A DNA stretch of 64,000 bases from the NCBI GenBank assembly GCA_046292385.1, contig JBKBRF010000002.1, forward strand, positions 267,824 through 331,823, written 5' to 3'. This document shows, one piece after another, positions 10,287 through 20,400 of this stretch. Every line of letters begins with the position of its first letter. Positions within the stretch are counted from its first letter, which is position 1. Position numbers and translations under genes: made by a program. Origin of the DNA: Armatimonadota bacterium (GTDB lineage: Bacteria > Armatimonadota > SYMT01). Below the pieces are notes generated by a model, which saw nothing but the letters and a program-made list of their open reading frames with translations, did no database searches and was not told the origin of the DNA.

Positions 10287-12341
10287 TTATTGTTGATTGA
10301 AGTTCACGCCCGGACCCTCTGGCTGAGGCCAGCGGATCCGCCGCTCCGTGTTGGCATAGATCCAGACGCCGCGGCCGGGCTGCAGGATCGAATCCGCTCC
10401 CAGCTGCTTGTACTCACGGCGGACGAAGTCCCACTCGTACAGGCTCGGCCGGATGTCTCCGTTTCGCACCGCCTCCGCATAGCTGCGGAAGCCGGTCGGA
10501 GAGAGGATCTGCAGATCCGCCACCCGCACCGCGTACGGGCTGGGGTTGCCGATTTGGTTCCAGCCGCGCCGGATCGTCGTCAGGGTATTCTGCGTCGTAC
10601 CCACTTGCAGCGGGGTTGCGCCCTGGAGATCGACGAACTGCGTCGGGAGACCGTTCATCCGAACCCAGTAGGACTGTCCGGGCACGATCTCGTTCACCGT
10701 CTCATACTGGTTGATGAGCGGGTTGTAGCGAAATGCCTGGAAGCTGGTCCGGGGCAGGTTGAACGCGCTCGTCACGCTGTTCTGTCCGCCGTTGAACGTG
10801 AACGGGAACGTGAGCATCCGATACTGCGTGTCGAACTGGTAGCGCCGGCCCTGCGGCACGTTGATCTTACGGACCGCTCGGGCGGAGTCGCCGAACTCGT
10901 TCGAGAAGTCGACACTCAGCTCCAGCAAGCCGGAGACGATGCCGTTCGGCCGCACCTCCCACTGCGCGCGCCGGTTGCCGGTCCCGTCACCGTTCTCCAG
11001 GCCGTTCACGAAGCCAATATCCTGGGCCGGAGACTGCTCGGGATCAACCAGCTCGAGGCCGGTCGGCAGGTTCAGAAACGCGACGGCATTGTAGATCGGG
11101 CGCGCATCGAGGTTGTAGACGTCCGCGGAGACGGTGTCGGAGACCAGGTGGACGTCGCCGCCGTTCACCGGCAGGCCGAAGTCGGTCTGGAGACCGCCGA
11201 CGTAACCTTCGCCCTCGAGCTCGCCGTCGGGCTTGGACTGGTAGAACAGGCTCATGCCGTGGTCCACCACTCCGATTCCCGCGTAGGTGACGAAGCTCTT
11301 GGTCTGGTTGGTGCTGATCAACTCCGGCTCGAAGTACATCAGAGTACCGATATCGGAGATGTCGAGCCGCTGCGCCGGCCGCGTGGGCCAGTCGTACTGC
11401 GCATTCGCGATCGCCCACGGGAAGATGTCGAGCATGTTCCCGAAGATCACCTTGCTGGGGGTGGTGGCGTCGTTACCCCGCAAAATGCCCTTGGCGACGA
11501 AGATCGGGTCATCGCGAAGGTCGAGCACCAGGTAGTCGTTGGGGATCTGGGCACCGCGGAGCTCCGTCTCAAACCGAATGCGCTGGCGCGTATCCGGAAT
11601 GAAGACCGAGCTGTCCGAGATGCTGGTCGACGGCAGGGGGTTCGGGTTGCTCCGGCGGCCGCCGGCGTTGTCCGTGTAGGGCGCGATGATCAGCCGGGCG
11701 CCGACGCGGCGGCTGGAGCCGAGGTTGCGAACCGCTACCTCCACCCGCACCATGTCCCGGGCGAACTGCACGATCTGGTTCACTTCCAGGTTGATGCCGC
11801 TGGCCGAGGGGCCGCCCGATGGGAAGGTGTAGGGCGTCCAGAAACCGGGTGCGTTGCCTTCGATCGGCGGCAGCGGGATCACCGGCGGGAAGTAGACCTG
11901 GTCGCCGTCCTCAGGGAACTGATAGTCCGTGAATCCGTTTGCCGAGGCGGGGTCCTGGACGTGCAGCGTCAGGTGATTCGCGTACATCCGCTCTTCACCC
12001 GAGTTACCAATGCGCTGGTTGGGCCGCAGCCCGTTCAGAACCATGCTGCCCCACGGCCAGACGAGGTTATTGTCGTTGTCTACAGCGAAGGCGAGGTCAT
12101 CGCGCTCGTCTTCGAGGTTCCCCTGGTTGGTCCAGAGCTGGAAACGCGAGATGTCGTCTCCGGAGTGGTACATGAAGAGGACAACGTACGGATTGACGAG
12201 TGGGGGAAAGGAGTCGTCCCACCAATCCGGGTTGTTGCCGCCTCCCTGGGCCCGGGCGCTCTGCGCCAGCGGCACGAGCGCTACCAGCGCCAGGGCCGCC
12301 GCGGCAAAGACGCGGCCTAGCTTTCGTCGCCTGGGACTCAT
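10287..12341 (-). CDS. Secreted beta-rich protein with Ig-like domain and C-terminal shared 'GWN' module
   Basis: Signal peptide ending ARA-QG; IRRGWNQIGNPSPY...LQPGRGVWIY. Confidence 0.85.
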   Translation of the reverse strand: MSPRRRKLGRVFAAAALALVALVPLAQSARAQGGGNNPDWWDDSFPPLVNPYVVLFMYHSGDDISRFQLWTNQGNLEDERDDLAFAVDNDNNLVWPWGSMVLNGLRPNQRIGNSGEERMYANHLTLHVQDPASANGFTDYQFPEDGDQVYFPPVIPLPPIEGNAPGFWTPYTFPSGGPSASGINLEVNQIVQFARDMVRVEVAVRNLGSSRRVGARLIIAPYTDNAGGRRSNPNPLPSTSISDSSVFIPDTRQRIRFETELRGAQIPNDYLVLDLRDDPIFVAKGILRGNDATTPSKVIFGNMLDIFPWAIANAQYDWPTRPAQRLDISDIGTLMYFEPELISTNQTKSFVTYAGIGVVDHGMSLFYQSKPDGELEGEGYVGGLQTDFGLPVNGGDVHLVSDTVSADVYNLDARPIYNAVAFLNLPTGLELVDPEQSPAQDIGFVNGLENGDGTGNRRAQWEVRPNGIVSGLLELSVDFSNEFGDSARAVRKINVPQGRRYQFDTQYRMLTFPFTFNGGQNSVTSAFNLPRTSFQAFRYNPLINQYETVNEIVPGQSYWVRMNGLPTQFVDLQGATPLQVGTTQNTLTTIRRGWNQIGNPSPYAVRVADLQILSPTGFRSYAEAVRNGDIRPSLYEWDFVRREYKQLGADSILQPGRGVWIYANTERRIRWPQPEGPGVNFNQQ

Positions 12342-12444
12342 TCAAGCATCTCCAATACCGGAAGCTCCGCTGCGGAGGGAGCTGGAGGGCGAGCCTCCGG
12401 GGGGAGACCCTCCGCAGCGAGTTGTGTGCGGGTGATGGTGTGGA

Positions 12445-15249
12445 TCAGGCGCCCTTCGCTACCACAGAGAGGCGCTGCACGCCGCTTTGTGCCGGCGTGA
12501 GCTCGACGGACCCTTTGCGCGTCAGCTTGTGAAGCTTCGAGCTACCGGGGACCTTCAGATAGGCTTCCGTGTGGGCGGGGAACGCATCCCACGTCAGTTT
12601 GACGGGGGTACCGGGCTCAGAAGTTTCCACCTCTACCGTCCACGACTGGGTCTTTTTGCTGCGGTCCCGCAGGTCCCAGGCGTAGTGGCCGCTGTGCGCT
12701 CCCCAGTCGCGGTTCGCGATCCGGATGTTCGCGGGCGCCAGGGCGGGGGGGGGCGTCTCCACGTCTTCGGGTCCGAAGCCGTTACGAGCCCTGGCGGCCG
12801 CCCCCACCTTAACCTCGCCGGCGACGGCGCCGTCCGCGACCAGCTGGAGGTCGGCGGACCAGCCGCGGCCGAGGTTGGAGGCCATGGTCTCGACCTTACC
12901 GGTGGAGCTCGTCCGACTGGCGGACGGGACCCGCGGCACGATCAGCTCGAGATCCTGGAAGCTCAGGAGCCACTGGCTCTCCCAGTCGATCAGCTCCGCG
13001 GTCTCGTAGCGCTGGAACTGGTAGCGCCCTTCGAGGTAGCGCCACAGCATCGGGCGCATCCAGCCGCGCTCGGCCGCCTCGGCGACGGAGAGCACCTCGT
13101 TGCCGCGGCGCACGCTGACCGCTTTCCAGGAGACCCGGAACGGATACGGGTTACCGAGCATATTCCAGCCGCGGCGCACCGGGATCACGTAGAAGCCGGC
13201 CCGTTCCGACTCGCCGAGAAGCTGCGTCTGGGTGGTGTTCACCACGCGCGCCCAGTAACCAATGCCGATCGGCGGCCGGGCGACGCCGGCGCTATCGGTG
13301 GTGAGCGACGCTTCCGGATCCTGCGGAGAGCCGACGATGTCCCAGATCGCGTAGCGGTTGCGCACCGGCAGCCAGCGGGCCAGCCGCACCAGGTTGCCGC
13401 CGAACAGGAACGCCAGGCTGTCGGAGCCTTCCGTCAGCTCGTACGGGACGCTGAACATCTTCAGGCCCGGATACTCGATGTGCGGCCGCACCTGGAAGGT
13501 GAAGGATCGGGCAGGGATACGTCCCTCCGCGGGCCCTTCGAAGCTGCGGATGGCGCCGTCCAGGACCGGGTGCTCGATCTGGAGATCCAGGGAGTTGACG
13601 CCGATCTGGTAGGCGGTCTCCGCCTCCGGGCGGTAGAGAATGGTCCCCGCCCCCGCATCCAGGATTTCGGCGTCGAAGATCTCTTCGCCGTTCTGGATGA
13701 TTACGAAGTCGTCTTCGGTCAGATCTCCGGGCGCCGGGCGCACGATGCGCGCGCGGAACGGCTCGCCGAAGCTGGCGGTGATCTCGTTCGGCTCGGGCGA
13801 AGTGATGTCGGCCCACTGGGTGACGCGCTTCAGCGCGGCATCGGCGCTGACCACGCCGAACCCGTACTGCTTGGTGAAACGCCCGAACGGATTGCGGGCG
13901 GTTCCGGTCAGCACGCTGCGGAGAAAGTCGACGCGGTCGCTGGGCACCGCCGTCGGGTCTTCGTCGAGCGCCTCGACCGCTCCCTGGGAAATCAGCGTCG
14001 CCAGCAATCCACTCACATAGCCGGCGGAAAGGCTCGTCCCTTCGGCGTAGGCATAGCCGGGGCCTGCCGGGTTGAAGATGTTGCCGGAGGAGGTGTCGGC
14101 GACGAGCACCCGGTTGTTCGGATTGAGGAACGTGGGATCGTTGCCTCCCGGCGCCATCAGGTCGAGCTCCGGCCCACCGTTGGAGTAGTAGGCGCGCTCT
14201 CCGTTTCGGCCGACCGCACCCACCACGATGACGGGGCTGTCCAGGCTGCCGGGGAAGCTCACCGCCGGATCATCAAAGCTCGGGCTGCCGGGGATCCGAT
14301 CGTTTCCTGCCGCGGTAACTACGACGACTCCGTCGTTGTACACCTCGTTGATCGCGGCGGCGACCTGCGCGTCCGGGGTCGGGAGCGTGAAGCTCAGGTT
14401 GATGATGTCGGCGCCCTGGTCGCGGCTGTAGTAGATCGCGTCTACCACGGCGCTGGCGACGAAGACCGGCACCGGAACGTTGTTCACGACTACGAAGTCG
14501 CCCACGTTGCACGGCAGGAGCGTGACCGCCTCCCAGGGGAGGCTGGCAATACCGGTGCCGTTGTTGTTGACGGCGGCGATGCAGCTCGCCACCTGAGTGC
14601 CGTGGCCATACAGCAGGGAGACGCCGCTGTCCCCGTCGTAGGGCTCGTCAGCCACGAAGTCGTAGGCGTTGGCGGTGTCGAATACCGGTTGGAGATCCGG
14701 GTGATCCAGATCGGGTCCGAAGTCGACCAGCCCCACGAGCACGTCTTTGCGGGGGCCGTCTACGAAGCGCTCGCCGACGGTGATCCCCCAGACGTTGCGC
14801 GCTCCGAGCTGGCTCAGCGCCCACTGCTCGTTTAGGGCCGGGTCGTTCGGCTCCACTACCGGTAGGGCGGCGGGACGGAAATAGTGGTTGGGCGACGCGA
14901 TCTGAACGCCGGGCGTCTGCCGCAGCACGGCGACTGCGTGCTCCAGCGAGGTGCGCACGCCGGAGAGCACGTGCGTGTTCGGCGCGTGGCGAAGCGTCTT
15001 CTTTACGGTGAGTCCATGCGCCTGAGCGATGGAGCTGATGGATGCGTTCGGAACGAGCCGAACGATGACTTCCCCCGCTGCGGCGAGGGGAATGGCACTC
15101 TCCGGCACGGGAGGGTGCTGCGCCTGCCGGGAGGCCGGCGCGGCGGCGCGCCCTCCGCTCTGCGCCTGGGCACCGATGGAGGTGCAGGCGAGGGTGGCGG
15201 CGCCAAGGAGAGCTAGCGAAGATAGATATTTAGTGTAAGAGATAGACAT
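12445..15249 (-). CDS. Secreted S8 (subtilisin-like) serine protease with 'GWN' module
   Basis: Catalytic triad VDFGPDLDHPDL / GHGTQVAS / EGTSLSAGYVSG; oxyanion AAGND; prodomain; VRRGWNMLGNPYP. Confidence 0.92.
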   Translation of the reverse strand: MSISYTKYLSSLALLGAATLACTSIGAQAQSGGRAAAPASRQAQHPPVPESAIPLAAAGEVIVRLVPNASISSIAQAHGLTVKKTLRHAPNTHVLSGVRTSLEHAVAVLRQTPGVQIASPNHYFRPAALPVVEPNDPALNEQWALSQLGARNVWGITVGERFVDGPRKDVLVGLVDFGPDLDHPDLQPVFDTANAYDFVADEPYDGDSGVSLLYGHGTQVASCIAAVNNNGTGIASLPWEAVTLLPCNVGDFVVVNNVPVPVFVASAVVDAIYYSRDQGADIINLSFTLPTPDAQVAAAINEVYNDGVVVVTAAGNDRIPGSPSFDDPAVSFPGSLDSPVIVVGAVGRNGERAYYSNGGPELDLMAPGGNDPTFLNPNNRVLVADTSSGNIFNPAGPGYAYAEGTSLSAGYVSGLLATLISQGAVEALDEDPTAVPSDRVDFLRSVLTGTARNPFGRFTKQYGFGVVSADAALKRVTQWADITSPEPNEITASFGEPFRARIVRPAPGDLTEDDFVIIQNGEEIFDAEILDAGAGTILYRPEAETAYQIGVNSLDLQIEHPVLDGAIRSFEGPAEGRIPARSFTFQVRPHIEYPGLKMFSVPYELTEGSDSLAFLFGGNLVRLARWLPVRNRYAIWDIVGSPQDPEASLTTDSAGVARPPIGIGYWARVVNTTQTQLLGESERAGFYVIPVRRGWNMLGNPYPFRVSWKAVSVRRGNEVLSVAEAAERGWMRPMLWRYLEGRYQFQRYETAELIDWESQWLLSFQDLELIVPRVPSASRTSSTGKVETMASNLGRGWSADLQLVADGAVAGEVKVGAAARARNGFGPEDVETPPPALAPANIRIANRDWGAHSGHYAWDLRDRSKKTQSWTVEVETSEPGTPVKLTWDAFPAHTEAYLKVPGSSKLHKLTRKGSVELTPAQSGVQRLSVVAKGA

Positions 15250-15353
15250 CCACCAACTCCTGGTCTAAACGGCGGCGGTGGGGAGCCGAGGGGGAGAAGG
15301 GGTACCCGCCGCCCCGGGGTGCGGGGCGGCGGGACAGCGGGGAGAGGGAGCAA

Positions 15354-17438
15354 CTACTTCGGCCGGATCCCTCCGCGCTCCAGACGAAGCTTCCCGTCGC
15401 GGTCCTTGCCGCCGCGATCGTTCTTCTTCTGATTCTGCGGGCGCGCGCTGGGCGGTCCGGGAGGACCACTCTCCGGTCGCACCTGAACGGCGGGTCCGAA
15501 CATGGCGCCGAACGGCTTCGGCTGGGTCCGGTCGCCGGAGTTCCGGGCGCCGACGGTGATAAAGATCGGCTCCCGAGCCCGGTTCGCCAGGCCGCTGATG
15601 TTGATCGTGCGGCTGACGGACATGGGACCGCCCTGATCGGAGGGCACCACGCGGAACGGACCGAACGTGCGGCGGCTTCCGCGACCGAAGTTCGGGTTGC
15701 GGCTCGCCCAGATCACGTAGGTGTCCGCCCCGGGCGTCTGCTGCCAGGTTACGTCGACAGCGCGCGGATCGACCTCCTGGTTCGCTACCACCGGCTCGCC
15801 GTCAATCGCGATTACGTTCGGCGGCACGATAGCGGTCACCCAGGGAGTCGACTCGGAGAGCGGAGACATGATCTCGTCGCCCACGACAGGATCGGTGGGC
15901 AGATCTGAGTCGTCGTCTTCCCAGTTGTTCTGGTAGACGAAGGCGGTCGCCACTTGGTAGCGATAGGAGACGCCCGGGACGATGCCCGGGACCGCGGGGA
16001 ACGTGGTGCGGCTGCCCGCGTCGCTTCCTGGCTGCCCGTCATAGGCGACGACGTCCCTCGTGGCTTCGGTATCGATGAAGCAGCGAGTGGAATCTGCGTC
16101 CACGCCGCCGACTACCTCGAAGGCACCCGTGGAGCTCAGGCGCCAGATGACGTAGCCGAGCACGTGGCTGCTGCTGAGCGACTTGGGGCGCTCCCAGCAG
16201 GTCCGGATCCGGGCGCCGGGGACGCCGAGGTCGGGCTGGAAGTTGAAGGCCGTGGAATCGTGCGGGCGGGTAGCGTTCTCACCGCCGCGTCCGCCGAGGG
16301 CCAGGAGACCGAGAAGCAGAAGGCCTCCTGCCGCAAGCTTCACGGCGTTGTTGCCCAGGATGCCGCGGCCCCGGCTGCTGCTCCGTTCGACGGCGGGCTC
16401 GTCGACGTCCACCACCACGGGCGGGGGAGTCTGGGGAGCATTCTGGGAGAGCACCAGGTCGGCATCCGCCGGCGCCCGCAGGTTTACGAAGCCGGCGTCC
16501 CGCTGCACCTTCGCCACGCGGGCGGGGCCGTCCGCTTCCGCGGCGCCCGGACGGGCGGCGGCGGGAAGCGGCGCCTCGGCGCTGGAGCGAAGCTGCGCGC
16601 GGGTCATCGGGAAGTCGGCGAAGTTGAAGATCGCCCGCACCCGATCTTCCGGCTGCACGCCCTGAATGTTCTGGATGATCCGCCCGCGGCTCAGGTCGGC
16701 GTCGACCTGGGTGACGCGCACCCGGGCGACCGGCTGGCGCAGCCGGGTGACGATCATCTCCATTCCGGGGCGCACGCCCTGGCGGGCGCCGATATTCATC
16801 AGCACCTCGAGGTCACCCTCTTCCACGTTCCGAACGGTGGTGTTGAGCACCGTACCGGACGGCAGGCGGAAGCGGTCCATGAACTCGCGCGCCTGGTAAG
16901 CGGCTTTGCCGATCGCTTCTTCCAGGAGGATGTCGGCGTTACCGGAGAAGCCCATCCGGGCCGTGCTGCGTCCGCGGCCGATGGCGCCGCTGATCGGCAC
17001 GCCGGTAGCGATGTCTTCCACGATCACGCGGACGGTCGCTTCCGCGTACGGGGTGGTGCCGTCCACCACGCGGGCTTCGGTAACGGTGCCGTAGAGCACC
17101 GCGGTGGCGTCCACGCCGCGAGCGATCGCCACCCGGTCGGGGCGATCGAAAGGAGGCTCCAGTCCGAGATCCTGGATCTGTCGCTGAACAAGCGATTCCG
17201 GAACCACCTCCCAGTTGGGGGATTCGGCGAGCTGCAGCGACACTTGCGCCGCGGCCGTCTTGCCCAGCAGCGCCCCGCCCACCGTCGTGCTGTTGTTGAA
17301 GTCCAGCACGTAGATGAGGGGGGTGGTCTGCTGCGCCTGCACGGGGGTGGCGGCGACGCCGAAATACGGCGCCACCATCAGCCCGGCCAGCACCCGGGCG
17401 AACCAGGTTCGCCGGATGCTACAGCGGAAGTACTTCAC
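15354..17438 (-). CDS. Exported protein: CsgG-like + FlgT-C-like domains, internal hydrophobic helix, FN3-like domains
   Basis: GTG start after AGGAGG; IYVLDFNNS...VDATAVLYGTV...VEDIATG; LMNIGARQGVRPGMEMIV; LAAGGLLLLGLLALGG; GIVPGVSYRYQVAT. Confidence 0.75.
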   Translation of the reverse strand: MKYFRCSIRRTWFARVLAGLMVAPYFGVAATPVQAQQTTPLIYVLDFNNSTTVGGALLGKTAAAQVSLQLAESPNWEVVPESLVQRQIQDLGLEPPFDRPDRVAIARGVDATAVLYGTVTEARVVDGTTPYAEATVRVIVEDIATGVPISGAIGRGRSTARMGFSGNADILLEEAIGKAAYQAREFMDRFRLPSGTVLNTTVRNVEEGDLEVLMNIGARQGVRPGMEMIVTRLRQPVARVRVTQVDADLSRGRIIQNIQGVQPEDRVRAIFNFADFPMTRAQLRSSAEAPLPAAARPGAAEADGPARVAKVQRDAGFVNLRAPADADLVLSQNAPQTPPPVVVDVDEPAVERSSSRGRGILGNNAVKLAAGGLLLLGLLALGGRGGENATRPHDSTAFNFQPDLGVPGARIRTCWERPKSLSSSHVLGYVIWRLSSTGAFEVVGGVDADSTRCFIDTEATRDVVAYDGQPGSDAGSRTTFPAVPGIVPGVSYRYQVATAFVYQNNWEDDDSDLPTDPVVGDEIMSPLSESTPWVTAIVPPNVIAIDGEPVVANQEVDPRAVDVTWQQTPGADTYVIWASRNPNFGRGSRRTFGPFRVVPSDQGGPMSVSRTINISGLANRAREPIFITVGARNSGDRTQPKPFGAMFGPAVQVRPESGPPGPPSARPQNQKKNDRGGKDRDGKLRLERGGIRPK

Positions 17439-17494
17439 GGACGGATCCTCCTTCGCGATCAGCACGCGTGATGGCCGCGGGGAAGCGGAGCTCC

Positions 17495-20400
17495 TTACAG
17501 GAGCCGCGTACGCGCGGGCCGAGTTTCATTCTGTTTCGGTTGTGCGGCGAGCGCACGGTGCCCTGGCGTACGGCTGCTGGGGCGGCGGCGGCCGGGGTTG
17601 CGGCTGCCGGAGAGCGAAGCCGCGGCCGTGGCCGCCGCACCCGGGAAGGTGCGGCGGACGGCGGTCGCGGTAGTGGAACGGGATCGGACGGCTGCCGCCG
17701 CCGGGGAGCCCGGCAGCGGAGAGTCGACCTGCGGGAGACGCGCCGTGCGGTTGCCGGTGAGGCCCGCGTCGGCCATACCGTTGGCCGGCGGCACGATCAG
17801 GGTGACCGCCTGGAACGCCCGCATGAAGTAGCCGGCAAACGGCTCCATGTAGTCGGACAGGTAGTACCGGTCCGAGTAGCCCCAGAGGCCGTTCTGGATG
17901 ATGCCGTCGTCATACGCCTGCTGCATCGTCCGGATCGTGCCGTCCGGAGACATCACCTTCACGCGAAGCCACTCGACGCGGCGCTCCCGCACGCTGCCGA
18001 TCATGTTCCAACCCGGCCGGACGGAGATATTCACGTCTTCGTCCGGATCCGCCTGCGCGCCGCTGTTGGTGAAGGCGGTCGGGCGAGCGAAGCGGACGAA
18101 CATCGCCCGTCCGAGGCGGAACTCGGCCGCGTCGCGATCCGGGTAGATCGCGTAGCGCCGGGAGTCGGGGAGCCAGTAGGCCGAGCGGAACTGGTTGCTC
18201 GGGATGCCCATCACCGAGGCCGCATCCTGGCCGCGGAAGTCATCAGGCAGCGAGACGAGGTGGAGTCCGGCGCCGAAGACGTGTCGGGGATCGAGCACGA
18301 AGTTCTGCGTCTGGCTCTGCTGCGGATTCACGGTGATCGTGCGGGTCAGCGGCTTCCAGCCAGGCTTGCTGACGCGGAGGACGAAGGTCCCGAACCGATC
18401 CGTGAAGACCTCGTAGTTCACGACCGGGTTGCCGCTGCCGGTGTCGTTCGACTGGGCGGTGGCCACCGCGGGGCCGCCGTTCTGCGGCAGCACCTCGACG
18501 GTCACGCCGCCGATGAACGCCCCGTCGACGCTGCTCCGGATCGTGCCGCTGATGCGGGACGGCGGAACGCGCTGCAGGAGGATCGTCGGCGCGGTGACGT
18601 TGTTCTCGACGAACACCTGGGTCCCGCCCGGCTGGTAGCCGAAGGCGGTGGCCTGGATGTCGTACAGCCCGCCCGCGAGCTGCGCGGTGGTGTAGCGGCC
18701 GTTCTGGTCCGTGCTGACGGTAGCCACCACGTTGCCGCCGGGGTTGGCGGTGACGGTCACCGTCGCGTTGGCGATGAAGTCGCCGGGCGTATTGTCCGGC
18801 TTCAGCTCGCGCACAATACCGGTGATCGTGCCGGGCAGCGGCACCAGGTCGAAGTCCAGGCGGGTCGCCTGGCCTCCGGTGACGGTGAACGATTGCGTCA
18901 CCGCCTGGTAGCGCGGATCGTTGACCCGCACTTCGTAGGTGCCCTCCGGCAGATGCTCGTCCTGCTGGTTCGTGCCGCCGACGGTGTAGTTCATCTGGCC
19001 GCCGTCCGGCGCGCCGACGCTCGCCGCGAGGGACGGCGCGCTCTCGGCGATCTTCATGCTGCCGAACGGCGAGCTCGCCGGAGTCCAGAACTCCACCACC
19101 ACTCCGCTGCGCAGCGCGCCGTCGATGGTGCGGCGGGTGAGGCCGAAGACCTGCCCGCGCGCGGCCCGGATCAGGACGATGTCGTCCAGGGTGGTGTCGC
19201 CGGCGACGAAGACGCCGCTGATCGTCCGCTCCGTGTGGCCGAACTTGCGCACGGTCACGGTATAAACGTCGCTCGGGATCGTCGGCGTGGCGTAGGTGCC
19301 GTCGGCGCCGGTGAGGACCGTGACGATCGCCACGCCCGGCTGCAGGCGCTCTGAGGTCACCACCACGGTAGCGCCTTCGAGCGGCCGGATCTGACCGTTG
19401 CCCGGATCCTCCAGCACGCGTCCACTCAGCTTGCCGTCCTTACCTTCCAGGAGAAGGACCGGGGCGGTAATAGGCGGGTCGCCCGTCACGTCCACGTTGA
19501 CCTGCGCGTCTTTGAAGCGCGGGTGGTTGCGGAGCGCGATGGTGAACTCACCTTCCTGCGCGTCGGCGAACTTGTAGTTGTGGCGCACCGGCACGTCGAG
19601 GCCGGGGGCGAACACGTTGGTGTTCAGCCCCACCGCGAGCTGGCTGGACCGCCGCAGGAGCTGCAGGGTGACCGGGACTTCCAGATCGCGCGTCTGCAGC
19701 TCGACGTTGTCGATCTTGCGCAGCGCGCGGCCGTAGATGTCGACCCGCTCCGCGGCAGCGAGGAGGATCTCCACGCTGCTCTGCTGCGGGATGTTCACCT
19801 GGGCCACGCCTTCCTGGCGGCCGAACTTGAACGCGGTCACCTGGTTGGGGCCCGCGGGCACGTTCTGCGCCACGTCGGCGTTCGGATCGTCGGCGGAGAA
19901 GAGCACTTCACCGTCGGCGCCGGTCGTGCCGGTCAGGCCGGCGATGACCGCCCCGTTCGGGTCGAGGATCGTCACCTCGGCGCCTTCCACGGGGTTCCCC
20001 TTCGTTCCGTCGGGCTTGGCTTCGAACACCTTGACGGTGAGCGGACCGGACTGGCCCTCGATCTGGAAGTCGACGTTGGGCGTAGCCTGGGCCGGGTTCA
20101 CCACTTCGGTGCGCGTCGGGCGGGTGCCGTTGATGAAGCCGAACCGTTCCGGCAGCGGATCCTCAATGGTCACCTCGTAGGTGCCCACCGGAGCGCTGGG
20201 AATGTTGTAAGTGCCGTCGGCGACCGTGGTGGCGCGGAATTCGCGCTGGCCAGTGTAGAGCGGCGAGGCCTGGAGCGTGGCCAGGATCTTCACGTCCGGC
20301 ACCGGGCGGTTGAACTGGTCCGTCACCTTACCGGAGATGGAGCCGGGCGCCGCCGGGGTGAGGAAGACGTCTTCCGATACCTGGTCGAGACCGTGCGCGC

